The position numbers and the translations under genes were made by a program. A stretch of DNA of 64,000 nt from Sphingomonas sp. (lineage in GTDB: Bacteria > Pseudomonadota > Alphaproteobacteria > Sphingomonadales > Sphingomonadaceae): NCBI GenBank assembly GCA_965260965.1, contig CBDHCA010000003.1, positions 781,533 through 845,532 on the forward strand, written 5' to 3'. Positions 54,139 to 64,000 of this stretch are shown here, piece after piece; the stretch's first letter is position 1; every line of letters starts with the position of its first letter. The notes beneath the pieces were generated by a model, which worked only from the letters and a program-made list of their open reading frames with translations, made no database searches and had not been told where the DNA came from.

Positions 54139-57100
54139 CAGGCGGGGTCCGGCGCGGGCAGCATCGGTTGGTCGGGCGGGGAGGGTAGCAGAGGCTGATC
54201 CCCGGACGGTGCAATCGGCCCGTCGCCATCGCCGTCGCCGCTATCGTCGTTCCGGTGACGTACGGTCGGCTTTCCGCGCAGCTTCGCCAATCCGTCGCGT
54301 ACGCCGCGACGCACCAGAACGAAGAACAGAGGGATGTAGAAGACCGCGAGGAGCGTCGCGGTCAGCATGCCGCCGATGACCGCGGTGCCGATCGCGATCC
54401 GGCTGTTCGCGCCTGCGCCGGTCGAGATGGCGAGCGGCGTCACGCCGAAGATGAAGGCGAAGGAGGTCATGAGGATCGGGCGAAGCCGGATCTTGGCAGC
54501 CTCCATCGCCGCATCAATGACGCGCGCGCCCTTGCGCTCGGCCTGTTCGGCGAACTCGATCATCAGGATCGCGTTCTTGGCGGCGAGACCCATCGTCGTC
54601 AGCAGGCCGATCTGCATGTACACGTCGTTGGTCAGCCCGCGCAGCGTGACGAACAGGACGGCGCCGACTAGCCCAAGCGGAATGACGAGCAGCACCGCTA
54701 CGGGGATGCTCCAGCTTTCGTAGAGCGCGGCAAGGCACAGGAAGACGACGAGCAGCGACAAAGCGTAGAGGATGGGCGCCTGTCCCGACGACAATTCCTC
54801 CTGATAGGACAGCCCTGACAACGCGACCGAGGTGCCAGGGATCTTCTTTGCCAATTCACGGATACGCGCGAGCGCTTCTCCCGAGCTGTGACCCGGCGCG
54901 GCCGATCCCTGAAACTCGAAAGAAGGGATGCCGTTGAAGCGCGACAGGCTCACGGGAGCCTGTGACCAGCTTGTCTGTGCGAAGGAGGAGAAGGGCGCCA
55001 TCTGGCCGGTGCTGCCGCGCACGAACCACTGGCCGAGGTCGGACGGTTGCTGGCGGTAAGGGGCGTCGCCCTGGACATAGACGCGCTTCACGCGGCCGCG
55101 GTCGATGAAGTCGTTGACATAGCGACCGCCCCACGCGGCCGACAGCGTGATGTTCACATCAGACTGGTTGAGACCGAGCACCTGAATTTTCTGCTGATCG
55201 ACGTCGACGTGCAGCGTCTGGACGTCGGGTAATTCGGTCTTGCGCGCGCCGACGAGCAAGGGATCGGCCGATGCAAGGCCGAGCAGTTTGTCGCTTGCCG
55301 CCAAAAACTGAGTCTCGGGCATGCCGCTGGTATTCTGCAACTCTATGGTAAATCCGTTCGACTGCCCGAGGCCGCGGATAGCGGGTGGAACGAGTGCGTA
55401 AACACTGGCGTCACGTATCCCCTGGAACGCACCGGAGGCGCGTCCGACGATCGCCTCGGCACCATTCTTCTCACCCTTTCGATTGGACCAGTCCTGCAGC
55501 ACGATAAAGGCCAGGCCGGTATTCTGCCCGCCCGGCGATCCGCCGCCGCCGATGCCGGAGACCGCGAACAGCCCCTGGACGTTATTGGCCTCGGTCTTGA
55601 GGAAATAGTTCGAGATATCCTTCGCGATCTTCGTCGTGCGCGGCTGCGTTGCCCCCGGGGGAAGGCGGAACTGGACCAGCGCCGTCCCCTGATCCTCGGT
55701 CGGGAGAAAGCCGGTCGGCAGGCGGAGAAACATGACGACGAGCAGCGCGACGACGCCGGCATAGATCAACAGGAACAGCCACTTGCGGTCGACGACGTAG
55801 CGAACCGAACCGCGATAGCGATCGGACAGCCGTTCAAAGCCGTTATTGAACTTCTCCGACGCGCTGGAGAAGAAGCCCGCGACGCGCGGAAAGCGGCGGG
55901 CGACGAACCCCTGCTCGAGATTGCCGTCATCGTCGCGCTTCTTCTGTTTGAGCAAGGTCGCGGTCAGCGCGGGCGACAGGATCAGCGCGACCAGCACCGA
56001 GAGGATCATCGCCGAGATGATCGTCAGCGAGAATTGCTTGTAGATGACGCCGGTCGATCCCCCGAAGAACGCCATCGGCAAGAACACGGCGGAGAGAACG
56101 AGCGCGATCGCGATCAGCGCAACGGTAATCTCGTCCATCGAGCGGATCGTCGCTTCCCGGGGGTTCAGGTCCGGATCTTCCTCCATCAGGCGTTCGACAT
56201 TCTCGACGACAACGATCGCGTCATCGACCAGCAGGCCGATCGCCAGCACGAGGCCGAACAGGGTCAGCGTGTTGATCGAGAAGCCCACGACGTAGAAGAC
56301 GCCGAACGTCCCCAGCAGCACGACCGGGACGGCGATGGCCGGGACCAGCGTCGCCCGCCAGCTCTGCAGGAAGACGAACATGACGATCACGACCAGGATG
56401 ATCGCCTCGATCAGCGTCTTGATGACCTCATCGATCGACAGCGTGATGAACTTGGTCGTGTCGTTGACGAAGATATATTGATAACCGTCCGGCAGGCTGC
56501 GCGCGTCCTTCCGAACCTCGGCCTTGACCAGCTCGGCCGTCTTCAGCGCGTCGGCACCCGGCGCCAGGCTGATCGCGATGCCGGCTGCGGGATGGTTGTT
56601 GTAGAAGCCCTGACGGCCGTAACTTTCCGCTCCCAGTTCCACATGGCCGACATCCGCGATGCGGACGGTCGCGCCATTGGGTTGCGTCTTGAGCACGATG
56701 GCGGCGAACTGTTCGGGCTTCTGCAGGCGCGACTGGGCGGTGACGATCGCGTTCAGCATCTGCGACTTAGGCTGGGGCTGCCCGCCGAGTTCACCGGCGG
56801 CGACTTCGGTGTTCTGGCTCTGGATCGCGGCGATGACGTCGGTCGGCATCAGTTGATAGGCGGTGAGCTTCTGGGGATCGAGCCAGACGCGCATGCCGTA
56901 TTGCGAGCCGAAGACGTTCGTGTCGCCGACACCCTGCACGCGGCCCAGCGGATCCTGAAAATTGGAGACGAGAAAGTCGGAAATGTCGGAACTGTCGTTC
57001 CGATCCGTCGCATCGTACATGCCGACGACGAGCAGGAAGTCGGGGTTGGACTTGCGCACGACCAATCCCTGCTGCTGCACCTGCTGGGGAAGGCGGGGGA

Positions 57101-57446
57101 TCGCCTGCTGCACCTGATTCTGCACCTGAACCTGGGCGATGTCGGGATCGGTGCCCTTCCTGAAGGTCGCGGTGATCGTGACCGAGCCCTGGGAGGACGA
57201 GGACGAACTGAAATACAACAGGCCGTCGATGCCGGTCAGTGTCTGTTCGACGACCTGAGTGACCGAGTTCTGGATCGTCTCCGCCGATGCGCCGGGATAG
57301 GTGGCGCGGATCGTCACCTCGGGCGGGGCCACATCGGGATATTGCGCGATCGGCAGTCCCAGAATGCCGCCGATCCCGGCCATCATCACGATAATGGCCA
57401 GCACCCAGGCGAAGATCGGCCGGTCAATGAAGATACGCGAGATCAT
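54138..57446 (-). CDS. RND multidrug efflux inner-membrane transporter (AcrB-like)
   Basis: FIDRPIFAWV, LLVDDAIVVVEN, AKNAIL and RLRPILMTS. Confidence 0.97.
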   Translation of the reverse strand: MISRIFIDRPIFAWVLAIIVMMAGIGGILGLPIAQYPDVAPPEVTIRATYPGASAETIQNSVTQVVEQTLTGIDGLLYFSSSSSSQGSVTITATFRKGTDPDIAQVQVQNQVQQAIPRLPQQVQQQGLVVRKSNPDFLLVVGMYDATDRNDSSDISDFLVSNFQDPLGRVQGVGDTNVFGSQYGMRVWLDPQKLTAYQLMPTDVIAAIQSQNTEVAAGELGGQPQPKSQMLNAIVTAQSRLQKPEQFAAIVLKTQPNGATVRIADVGHVELGAESYGRQGFYNNHPAAGIAISLAPGADALKTAELVKAEVRKDARSLPDGYQYIFVNDTTKFITLSIDEVIKTLIEAIILVVIVMFVFLQSWRATLVPAIAVPVVLLGTFGVFYVVGFSINTLTLFGLVLAIGLLVDDAIVVVENVERLMEEDPDLNPREATIRSMDEITVALIAIALVLSAVFLPMAFFGGSTGVIYKQFSLTIISAMILSVLVALILSPALTATLLKQKKRDDDGNLEQGFVARRFPRVAGFFSSASEKFNNGFERLSDRYRGSVRYVVDRKWLFLLIYAGVVALLVVMFLRLPTGFLPTEDQGTALVQFRLPPGATQPRTTKIAKDISNYFLKTEANNVQGLFAVSGIGGGGSPGGQNTGLAFIVLQDWSNRKGEKNGAEAIVGRASGAFQGIRDASVYALVPPAIRGLGQSNGFTIELQNTSGMPETQFLAASDKLLGLASADPLLVGARKTELPDVQTLHVDVDQQKIQVLGLNQSDVNITLSAAWGGRYVNDFIDRGRVKRVYVQGDAPYRQQPSDLGQWFVRGSTGQMAPFSSFAQTSWSQAPVSLSRFNGIPSFEFQGSAAPGHSSGEALARIRELAKKIPGTSVALSGLSYQEELSSGQAPILYALSLLVVFLCLAALYESWSIPVAVLLVIPLGLVGAVLFVTLRGLTNDVYMQIGLLTTMGLAAKNAILMIEFAEQAERKGARVIDAAMEAAKIRLRPILMTSFAFIFGVTPLAISTGAGANSRIAIGTAVIGGMLTATLLAVFYIPLFFVLVRRGVRDGLAKLRGKPTVRHRNDDSGDGDGDGPIAPSGDQPLLPSPPDQPMLPAPDPA

Positions 57447-57453
57447 GCGTGTA

Positions 57454-58677
57454 TCAGCCGGCCTTGCCCTGGCCGCCGGCATCGCCATCCTTGGTGGACG
57501 GAGGCGGTCCTAGTTTCTCGGGCGTGTCGGCGGGGACCGGCTTCACGGGCCGGCCGGGCATGAGCTTGCCCAGTCCCTGCGTGATGACCTTGTCACCCGC
57601 GTCGAGTCCCTTGGTGACGACCCAGAAGGCCCCTTGTGCGCGGCTCGCGTCGACGGGTTTCGTGACGGCCTTGTTGCCCGGGCCGACGACGGTGACCGTG
57701 GCGTTGCCCTTGGCATCGTGCTTCACCGCCTGTTGCGGAACCAAGAAGGCACGGGTGTCGATCGCCTGCGAGAAGGTGGCGGTCACGAACATGCCTGGCA
57801 GCAGCAGCCCCTGAGGATTGGGAAACCGCACGCGTAGCGTGACCGTTCCGGTCGCCTGGTCGACCAGTGCTTCGGAGAACTCAACCGAACCGGTCTGTCC
57901 ATAATCGCTGCCATCGTCGAGCTTGAGGCGCACCTGCGCGGTCTTTGCCTGGATGCCGTTGCTGCCGAGCGAGCGGCGCAGTGACAGGATCGCGCCGGCG
58001 GGCTGCTGAATATCGACGAAGATCGGGTCGAGCCGCTGAATCTGCGCGAGCGGACCGGCCTGGGTCGAGGACACCAGCGCTCCGACGGTGAACAGCGAGC
58101 GGCCGATGCGGCCGGTGATCGGCGCCGGGACGGTCGTGAACTTCAGGTTGACGCGTGCGGTTTCGAGCTGCGCGCGGCTCTGAGCGACGGCGGCTGTCGC
58201 CTGCTTCGCGGACGCCAGCGCATTGGTATAGTCCTGTTCGGAGATTGCCTGGATCTGGGCGAGCGGCTTGTAGCGCTCGGCGAGGATGCGTGCCGCTTCC
58301 TGGTTCGCCTGCGCGCTCTGGAGATTGGCCTGCGCCTGATCGGTGGCGGCGCGGTAGAGCCGGGGATCGATCTCGTAGAGCGGCTGGCCGCGCTTGACGA
58401 GCGTCCCTTCCTTAAACAGGCGGCGGCGGATGATGCCGGTCACCTGCGGACGAACGTCCGAGCTTTCGAATGCGGTTGTTCGTCCGGTCAGTTCGGTCGG
58501 GATGGCGACGCTGGTCGGCTGGACGACGACGAAGCCGACGGTGGGCGGACCGCCGGGTCCGCCCGGGCCACCGCCCTGCCCCTGCTTTTCCCCGCCGCAT
58601 GCCGACAAGGCGCACAGCGCCAGCAGGCCGAGCGATGCCGCCCGAAGCGGGCGAGGAGAAAGAAGGGTGGATGTCAA
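57454..58677 (-). CDS. RND periplasmic adaptor (AcrA-like lipoprotein)
   Basis: Lipobox LSAC, DVRPQVTG, VPAPITGRIG and LLLPGMFV. TTG start. Confidence 0.95.
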   Translation of the reverse strand: MTSTLLSPRPLRAASLGLLALCALSACGGEKQGQGGGPGGPGGPPTVGFVVVQPTSVAIPTELTGRTTAFESSDVRPQVTGIIRRRLFKEGTLVKRGQPLYEIDPRLYRAATDQAQANLQSAQANQEAARILAERYKPLAQIQAISEQDYTNALASAKQATAAVAQSRAQLETARVNLKFTTVPAPITGRIGRSLFTVGALVSSTQAGPLAQIQRLDPIFVDIQQPAGAILSLRRSLGSNGIQAKTAQVRLKLDDGSDYGQTGSVEFSEALVDQATGTVTLRVRFPNPQGLLLPGMFVTATFSQAIDTRAFLVPQQAVKHDAKGNATVTVVGPGNKAVTKPVDASRAQGAFWVVTKGLDAGDKVITQGLGKLMPGRPVKPVPADTPEKLGPPPSTKDGDAGGQGKAG

Positions 58678-58799
58678 GGGCGTCGTCCGCTACTCGCCGA
58701 AGGCCGTGGCGATGCCCCATGCCCCAGCCTGTCCGACAATGCCAGAGCGTGACCGGGAAATGGTGCGTTGCAATAACCGGGATCAGGAGCCGGCATGCG

Positions 58800-59486
58800 A
58801 TGATCGAAGACGACAAGCGTGCAGCGGCAGAGGCGGCGGTCGCGGAAATCCGCGACGGGATGCTGGTTGGGCTGGGCACTGGGACGACGGCGGCGCATGC
58901 GATCGCCGCGATCGCGGCGCGGGTCGAGCGCGGCCTGCACATCCGCACGGTCGCGACGTCGCAGGCCAGCGAGCGGCTGGCGCGTTCGAAGGGAATCGAG
59001 GTGCTGGACTTCGCGGCGGTGGCCGAGGTCGACCTGACGATCGACGGCGCGGATGAGATCGACGCCGAGTGTCGCGCCATCAAGGGCGCGGGCGGCGCGA
59101 TGCTGCGCGAGAAGATCGTCGCCAGCGCGTCAAAGCGGATGGTGGTGATCGCCGACGGCTCGAAACGGGTCGAGCGGCTGGGACACGGGGCGCTGCCGGT
59201 CGAAGTACTGCCGTTCGCGAAGGGGTTCGTCGATGCGCGGTTGCGGCTGCTCGGCGCGGAGCCGGCGTGGCGCATGGATGGCGACGGCGCCTATCTGACC
59301 GATCAGGGGAATGAGGTTGCCGATTGCGGTTTTCCGGACGGGCTGGAGCCGGCGCTGGTGGCAAACGCGCTCGATGCGATGCCCGGGGTGATGGGGCACG
59401 GCCTGTTCCTGCGCGAGGTCGCTGCCGCCTATATCGCCGAGGATGGTGTCGTGGCGAAGGTGGAACGGCCGGGCGCGGAGAAGTAA
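58800..59486 (+). CDS. rpiA: Ribose-5-phosphate isomerase A
   Basis: GLGTGTT, DGADEID, IKGAGGA and TDQGN. Confidence 0.96.
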   Translation: MIEDDKRAAAEAAVAEIRDGMLVGLGTGTTAAHAIAAIAARVERGLHIRTVATSQASERLARSKGIEVLDFAAVAEVDLTIDGADEIDAECRAIKGAGGAMLREKIVASASKRMVVIADGSKRVERLGHGALPVEVLPFAKGFVDARLRLLGAEPAWRMDGDGAYLTDQGNEVADCGFPDGLEPALVANALDAMPGVMGHGLFLREVAAAYIAEDGVVAKVERPGAEK

Positions 59487-59556
59487 AACGGGCAACCGGC
59501 AACCAGATCGGATGCGCTGCGTTCGACAGAGAACAAGACCGTGAGGCCGAGACTGC

Positions 59557-61659
59557 ATGACCGATACCATGACCCCGATCGCCAAGCAGGCCGACACGAT
59601 GCTGCGCGAGGACGGCAGTCCGGAGCGGCTCGCCATCGACACCATTCGGACGCTGGCGATGGATGCGGTACAGAAGGCCGATTCGGGACATCCGGGCACA
59701 CCGATGGCGCTGGCCCCGGCGGCGCATACGCTGTGGACGAAATTCCTGCGTTACGACCCTGCGACGCCCGACTGGCCGAACCGGGACCGTTTCGTGCTGT
59801 CGGTCGGGCACGCGTCGATGCTGCTCTATTCGCTGTTGCACCTGGCGGGCGTCGAGGAGATCGATGCCGACGGGCAGAAGACGGGCAACCCCGCCATCAG
59901 CGTCGATGACATCAAGCAGTTCCGGCAATTGTCGTCGAAGACGCCGGGCCATCCCGAATATCGCCACACCACGGGCGTCGAGACGACGACCGGGCCGCTG
60001 GGGCAGGGATGCGGCAATTCGGTTGGAATGGCGATTGCCGGGCGCTGGCTGGCAGCGCATTTCAACCGCGACGATTTCACGCTGTTCGATCACGACGTTT
60101 ACGTCTTCTGCTCGGATGGTGACCTGATGGAGGGCGTGTCGAGCGAGGCGGCATCGCTGGCTGGGCATCTGAAACTGTCGAACCTGTGCTGGATGTACGA
60201 TTCCAACCACATCACGATCGAGGGCGGGACCGATCTCGCGTTCGACGAAGATGTCGGCAAGCGCTTCGAGGCATATGGCTGGCATGTCGTCCATGTCGAC
60301 AATGCCGAGGATACCACTGCCATCGGCAAGGCGATCGAGACGTTCAAGGCGACCGACGACCGGCCGACGATGATTGTCTTGCACTCGGTGATTGGCATCG
60401 GCTTTCCGACAATCGCGGGTACGCACAAGGCGCACAGCGACGCGCCCGGCAAGGACGAGATCCGTGGCGCTAAAAAGGCCTATGGATGGCCGGAGGACGC
60501 ACAGTTCCTGGTGCCCGACAAGGCAAAATCTTCCTTCCATGATTCGGTCGCGGGGCGCGGTGCTCCGCTTCGCGAGGAGTGGGAAGCGATGTTCGAGCGC
60601 TATCGCGAGCAGCATGCGAACCTGGCGCATCAGCTCGACCAGATGCGGCAGGGCAAGCTGCCCGACGGCTGGGACGCGGACCTGCCGACGTTCGACACCG
60701 ATGCCAAGGGAATGGCGAGCAGGGCTGCGAGCGGCGAGGTGCTGAATGCGATAGCGCCGCATGTCCCCTATCTGGTCGGCGGCGCGGCTGACCTGTCGCC
60801 ATCGACCAAGACCGACGTGAAAGGCGCGGACTCGCTGGAGGCGGCGACGCCGGGCGGGCGCAACATGCATTTCGGCATCCGCGAGCATGCGATGGGGTCG
60901 ATCGCGAACGGCATGGCGCTTTCGTACCTGCGGTCTTACACGGGCACGTTCCTGGTATTCTCCGACTACATGCGCCCGCCTATGCGGCTGGCGGCGATCA
61001 TGGAATTACCGGTCATCTTCGTTTTCACGCATGATTCGATCGGGGTCGGCGAGGATGGTCCGACACACCAGCCGATCGAGCAGTTGACGGCGCTTCGCGT
61101 CGTGCCGGGGATGGACGTCATTCGGCCCGGCGACGCGAACGAAACACGAGTCGCGTGGCAAGCCGCGCTGGAGGCGACGAGCCATCCGACCGTGATGGCA
61201 TTCTCTCGCCAGCCCCTGCCGACGTTGGATCGCGGCAAATATGCCGGCGCCGGAGGATTGATGAAGGGTGGTTATGTCTTCGCCGATTGCGAGGGGACGC
61301 CCGACATAATCCTGATCGCGTGCGGGAGCGAGTTGTCGCTGGTCACGGACGCGCATGAGAAGCTGACCGCCGACGGCGTCAAGGCGCGGGTCGTGTCGAT
61401 GCCGAGCTGGTTCCGCTACGAGAAGCAGGACGAGGCCTACAAGGAAAGCGTGCTGCCGAGCAGCGTCGCCGCGCGCCTCGCCGTCGAGCAGGGCAGCGAG
61501 GTCGGATGGGACCGCTATGTCGGATTAAAGGGCAAGGTGATCGCGATGTCGACCTTTGGGGCATCGGCACCGATCGCCAAGCTGCAGGACAAGTTCGGCT
61601 TCACGCTCGACCACGTCCTGAAGGTAGCACATGAATTGCTGGAGATGAACAATGGGTAA
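59557..61659 (+). CDS. tkt: Transketolase
   Basis: SGHPGTPM, GPLGQG, SDGDLMEG, FGIREHAM and EDGPTHQP. Confidence 0.98.
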   Translation: MTDTMTPIAKQADTMLREDGSPERLAIDTIRTLAMDAVQKADSGHPGTPMALAPAAHTLWTKFLRYDPATPDWPNRDRFVLSVGHASMLLYSLLHLAGVEEIDADGQKTGNPAISVDDIKQFRQLSSKTPGHPEYRHTTGVETTTGPLGQGCGNSVGMAIAGRWLAAHFNRDDFTLFDHDVYVFCSDGDLMEGVSSEAASLAGHLKLSNLCWMYDSNHITIEGGTDLAFDEDVGKRFEAYGWHVVHVDNAEDTTAIGKAIETFKATDDRPTMIVLHSVIGIGFPTIAGTHKAHSDAPGKDEIRGAKKAYGWPEDAQFLVPDKAKSSFHDSVAGRGAPLREEWEAMFERYREQHANLAHQLDQMRQGKLPDGWDADLPTFDTDAKGMASRAASGEVLNAIAPHVPYLVGGAADLSPSTKTDVKGADSLEAATPGGRNMHFGIREHAMGSIANGMALSYLRSYTGTFLVFSDYMRPPMRLAAIMELPVIFVFTHDSIGVGEDGPTHQPIEQLTALRVVPGMDVIRPGDANETRVAWQAALEATSHPTVMAFSRQPLPTLDRGKYAGAGGLMKGGYVFADCEGTPDIILIACGSELSLVTDAHEKLTADGVKARVVSMPSWFRYEKQDEAYKESVLPSSVAARLAVEQGSEVGWDRYVGLKGKVIAMSTFGASAPIAKLQDKFGFTLDHVLKVAHELLEMNNG

Positions 61660-62773
61660 GCTGGCCGATCTGAGTGCTGAGGGAACGGCGGTGTGGCTGG
61701 ACTTTGTCGAGCGCAAGTTCCTGCATGAGGGCGGATTGAAGAAGCTGGTCGACGACGACGGCGTGACGGGGGTGACGTCTAACCCGTCGATCTTCGAGAA
61801 GGCGATGGGGCATGGCGATGCCTATGACGAGAGCCTGACCGAATATGACCATGCGCACCCCGATGCCGCGACGATCGACCGGTACGAGCATCTGGCGGTC
61901 GAGGACATCCGCACCGCGGCCGATATCATGCGTCCGGTGTATGACCGGCTGGGCGCGAAGGACGGCTACGTCAGTCTGGAGGTGTCGCCCTATATCTCGG
62001 ACGATACCGACGCAACAATTACCGAGGCGGCCAAATTGTGGAAGATGGTCGACCGTCCGAACCTGATGATCAAGATCCCCGGCACCGAGGCCGGAGCACC
62101 GGCGATCGCCACGACGATCGCGGCCGGAATCAACGTCAACGTGACGCTGCTGTTTTCAATCGAGGCCTATAAGCGAGTGGCCGAGGCGTACGTCATGGGG
62201 CTGGAGGAACGCGTCCGGCAGGAGCAGCCGATCGACCGGATCGCCAGCGTCGCAAGCTTCTTCGTCAGCCGGATCGACACGGCGATCGACAAGCAGGTCG
62301 ATGAAAAGCTGAAAGGCGGCGCGGATGTCGATGCGCTGAAGGCCGTGCGTGGGAAGGTGGCGATCGCGAACGCGAAGATGGCATATCAATGGTATCTGGA
62401 CTTCGTTGAATCGGACCGGTGGAAGGCGCTGGTCGACAAGGGTGCGATGCCGCAGCGATTGCTGTGGGCGTCGACCGGAACCAAGGATCCGTCCTATCCG
62501 GACACGCTGTATGTCGATACGCTGATCGGGCCGGACACAGTTAATACCATGCCACCAAAGACGATGGACGCGTTTCGCGATCATGGTACGGCGAAGGTCA
62601 CGCTGACCGAGGATATCGAGGGAGCGAAGCGTGTACTTACCGAGGCCAAGCGGCTCGGCCTCGACCTTGATGCGGTGACCGACACGCTCGTGACGGAGGG
62701 CGTGGCGTCATTCGCCGGTGCTTTCGACGAGTTGATGGAATCGATCGCGAAGAAGCAGCCCGCTAACGCTTGA
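61652..62773 (+). CDS. tal: Transaldolase (type found in Tal-Pgi fusions), stand-alone
   Basis: [30 protein letters not shown] and [11 protein letters not shown]. Confidence 0.96.
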   Translation: MGKLADLSAEGTAVWLDFVERKFLHEGGLKKLVDDDGVTGVTSNPSIFEKAMGHGDAYDESLTEYDHAHPDAATIDRYEHLAVEDIRTAADIMRPVYDRLGAKDGYVSLEVSPYISDDTDATITEAAKLWKMVDRPNLMIKIPGTEAGAPAIATTIAAGINVNVTLLFSIEAYKRVAEAYVMGLEERVRQEQPIDRIASVASFFVSRIDTAIDKQVDEKLKGGADVDALKAVRGKVAIANAKMAYQWYLDFVESDRWKALVDKGAMPQRLLWASTGTKDPSYPDTLYVDTLIGPDTVNTMPPKTMDAFRDHGTAKVTLTEDIEGAKRVLTEAKRLGLDLDAVTDTLVTEGVASFAGAFDELMESIAKKQPANA

Positions 62774-62801
62774 GCCTCATGACAATGTCGGAGTTTGTAC
62801 C

Positions 62802-63785
62802 ATGAAGATCGGAATGATCGGCCTCGGCCGGATGGGAGGGGGCATGTCGCGCCGCCTGATGAAGGGCGGGCACGAGATCGTCGCCTGGGACCGAAACGAC
62901 GACGCGGTCGAGGAACTGGCAAAGGATGGCGCGATTGGTGCGTCCTCGCTGGAGGACATGCGCGACAAGCTGGATGATCCGGCAATCTTCTGGGTGATGC
63001 TGCCCGCGGGCGATCCCACCGAGCAGACGATCGAGAAACTGGCCGACATGTGCGGCAAGGACGAGGTCATCATCGACGGCGGCAACAGTTTCTACAAAGA
63101 TGACATTCGCCGAGCGAAGATGCTGCGCGAGAAAGGTGTCGAATATGTCGATGTCGGGACGTCGGGCGGCGTCTGGGGATTGGAGCGCGGTTTCTGCATG
63201 ATGATCGGCGGCAGCGACGAGACAGTGCGCATGCTCGACCCGATTTTCGGGGCGCTGGCGCCGGGCGTGGGCACCATCGCGCGAACGCCGGAGCGCAACG
63301 CCGACTATGAGGATCCGCGCGCGGAAAAGGGTTATATCCATGCCGGGCCAGCAGGGTCCGGGCATTTCGTAAAAATGGTCCATAACGGCATCGAATATGG
63401 CCTGATGCAGGCTTATGCCGAGGGGTTCGACATCTTGAAGGGCAAGGCATCCGACAAGCTGCCCGAGGATGAGCGCTTTGATCTGAACCTGACCGACATC
63501 GCCGAGGTCTGGCGCCGGGGCAGCGTCATCTCGTCCTGGCTGCTCGACCTGACGGCGGCTGGGCTGGCAAAAGACCAGATGCTCGAGCAGTTCTCGGGCC
63601 GGGTCGCGGATTCGGGCGAGGGCCGCTGGACGATCGACGCGGCGATGGAGGAAGCGGTGCCAGCCAACGTGCTTTCGGCAGCCCTATATGCCCGGTATCG
63701 CAGCCGGGTCGAGAGTACCTTCGGTGACAAGCTGTTGTCGGCGATGCGCTACGGCTTTGGCGGGCACGTCGAGATGCCGCAGTGA
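62802..63785 (+). CDS. gnd: 6-phosphogluconate dehydrogenase, short decarboxylating (YqeC-like) type
   Basis: [22 protein letters not shown] and [13 protein letters not shown]. Confidence 0.95.
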   Translation: MKIGMIGLGRMGGGMSRRLMKGGHEIVAWDRNDDAVEELAKDGAIGASSLEDMRDKLDDPAIFWVMLPAGDPTEQTIEKLADMCGKDEVIIDGGNSFYKDDIRRAKMLREKGVEYVDVGTSGGVWGLERGFCMMIGGSDETVRMLDPIFGALAPGVGTIARTPERNADYEDPRAEKGYIHAGPAGSGHFVKMVHNGIEYGLMQAYAEGFDILKGKASDKLPEDERFDLNLTDIAEVWRRGSVISSWLLDLTAAGLAKDQMLEQFSGRVADSGEGRWTIDAAMEEAVPANVLSAALYARYRSRVESTFGDKLLSAMRYGFGGHVEMPQ

Positions 63786-64000
63786 GCGACGGCTCGATCG
63801 GGCAATTGCGGCTGGTGGTGTGCGACGTCGACGGGACACTGGTCGACAAGGAAAAGAAGCTGACCGAAGGTACGATCGCCGCAGTCGAGCGGCTGGAGGC
63901 GGCGGGTATCGGTTTCACGATCATCAGCGCGCGGCCGCAGTCCGGCATGATGCCGATCGCCGAGAAACTGCAGCTCGACGAGCCAATGGGTGCGTTCAAC
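63782..64000 (+). CDS. Cof-type HAD hydrolase (partial, runs off window end)
   Basis: A GTG overlapping the gnd stop gives [27 protein letters not shown]...IISARPQSG (DxDGT motif). Confidence 0.88.
   Translation, partial: MSDGSIGQLRLVVCDVDGTLVDKEKKLTEGTIAAVERLEAAGIGFTIISARPQSGMMPIAEKLQLDEPMGAFN

Overview
GC-rich alphaproteobacterial chromosome segment, most likely Sphingomonas/Sphingomonadaceae (inferred from gene content and sequence style). The backbone is housekeeping: ctrA, rplU-rpmA, rplKA/rplJL, secE-nusG, the str, S10, spc and alpha ribosomal operons, guaA, an AcrAB-OMF efflux operon and a pentose-phosphate cluster (rpiA, tkt, tal, gnd, Cof-HAD). It also carries tRNA-Ser(CGA) and tRNA-Trp(CCA). 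Accessory DNA interrupts this backbone in several places. (1) A decayed island 3' of tRNA-Ser holds a truncated SF1 helicase and an IS630 element. An IS21 element has jumped into the IS630, and that IS21 copy is broken by at least four short palindromic inserts. (2) A ~5.4 kb block between nusG and rplK carries a single-chain Type IIG restriction-modification gene and two uncharacterised genes. (3) Extra genes lie inside the str operon. (4) A ~6 kb block between adk and rpsM contains TetR, an aldo/keto reductase broken by an 11-bp duplication, a dehalogenase-like hydrolase and a two-component system. Ribosomal protein L1 appears to lack its N-terminal ~15 residues. No CRISPR array or rRNA was seen.
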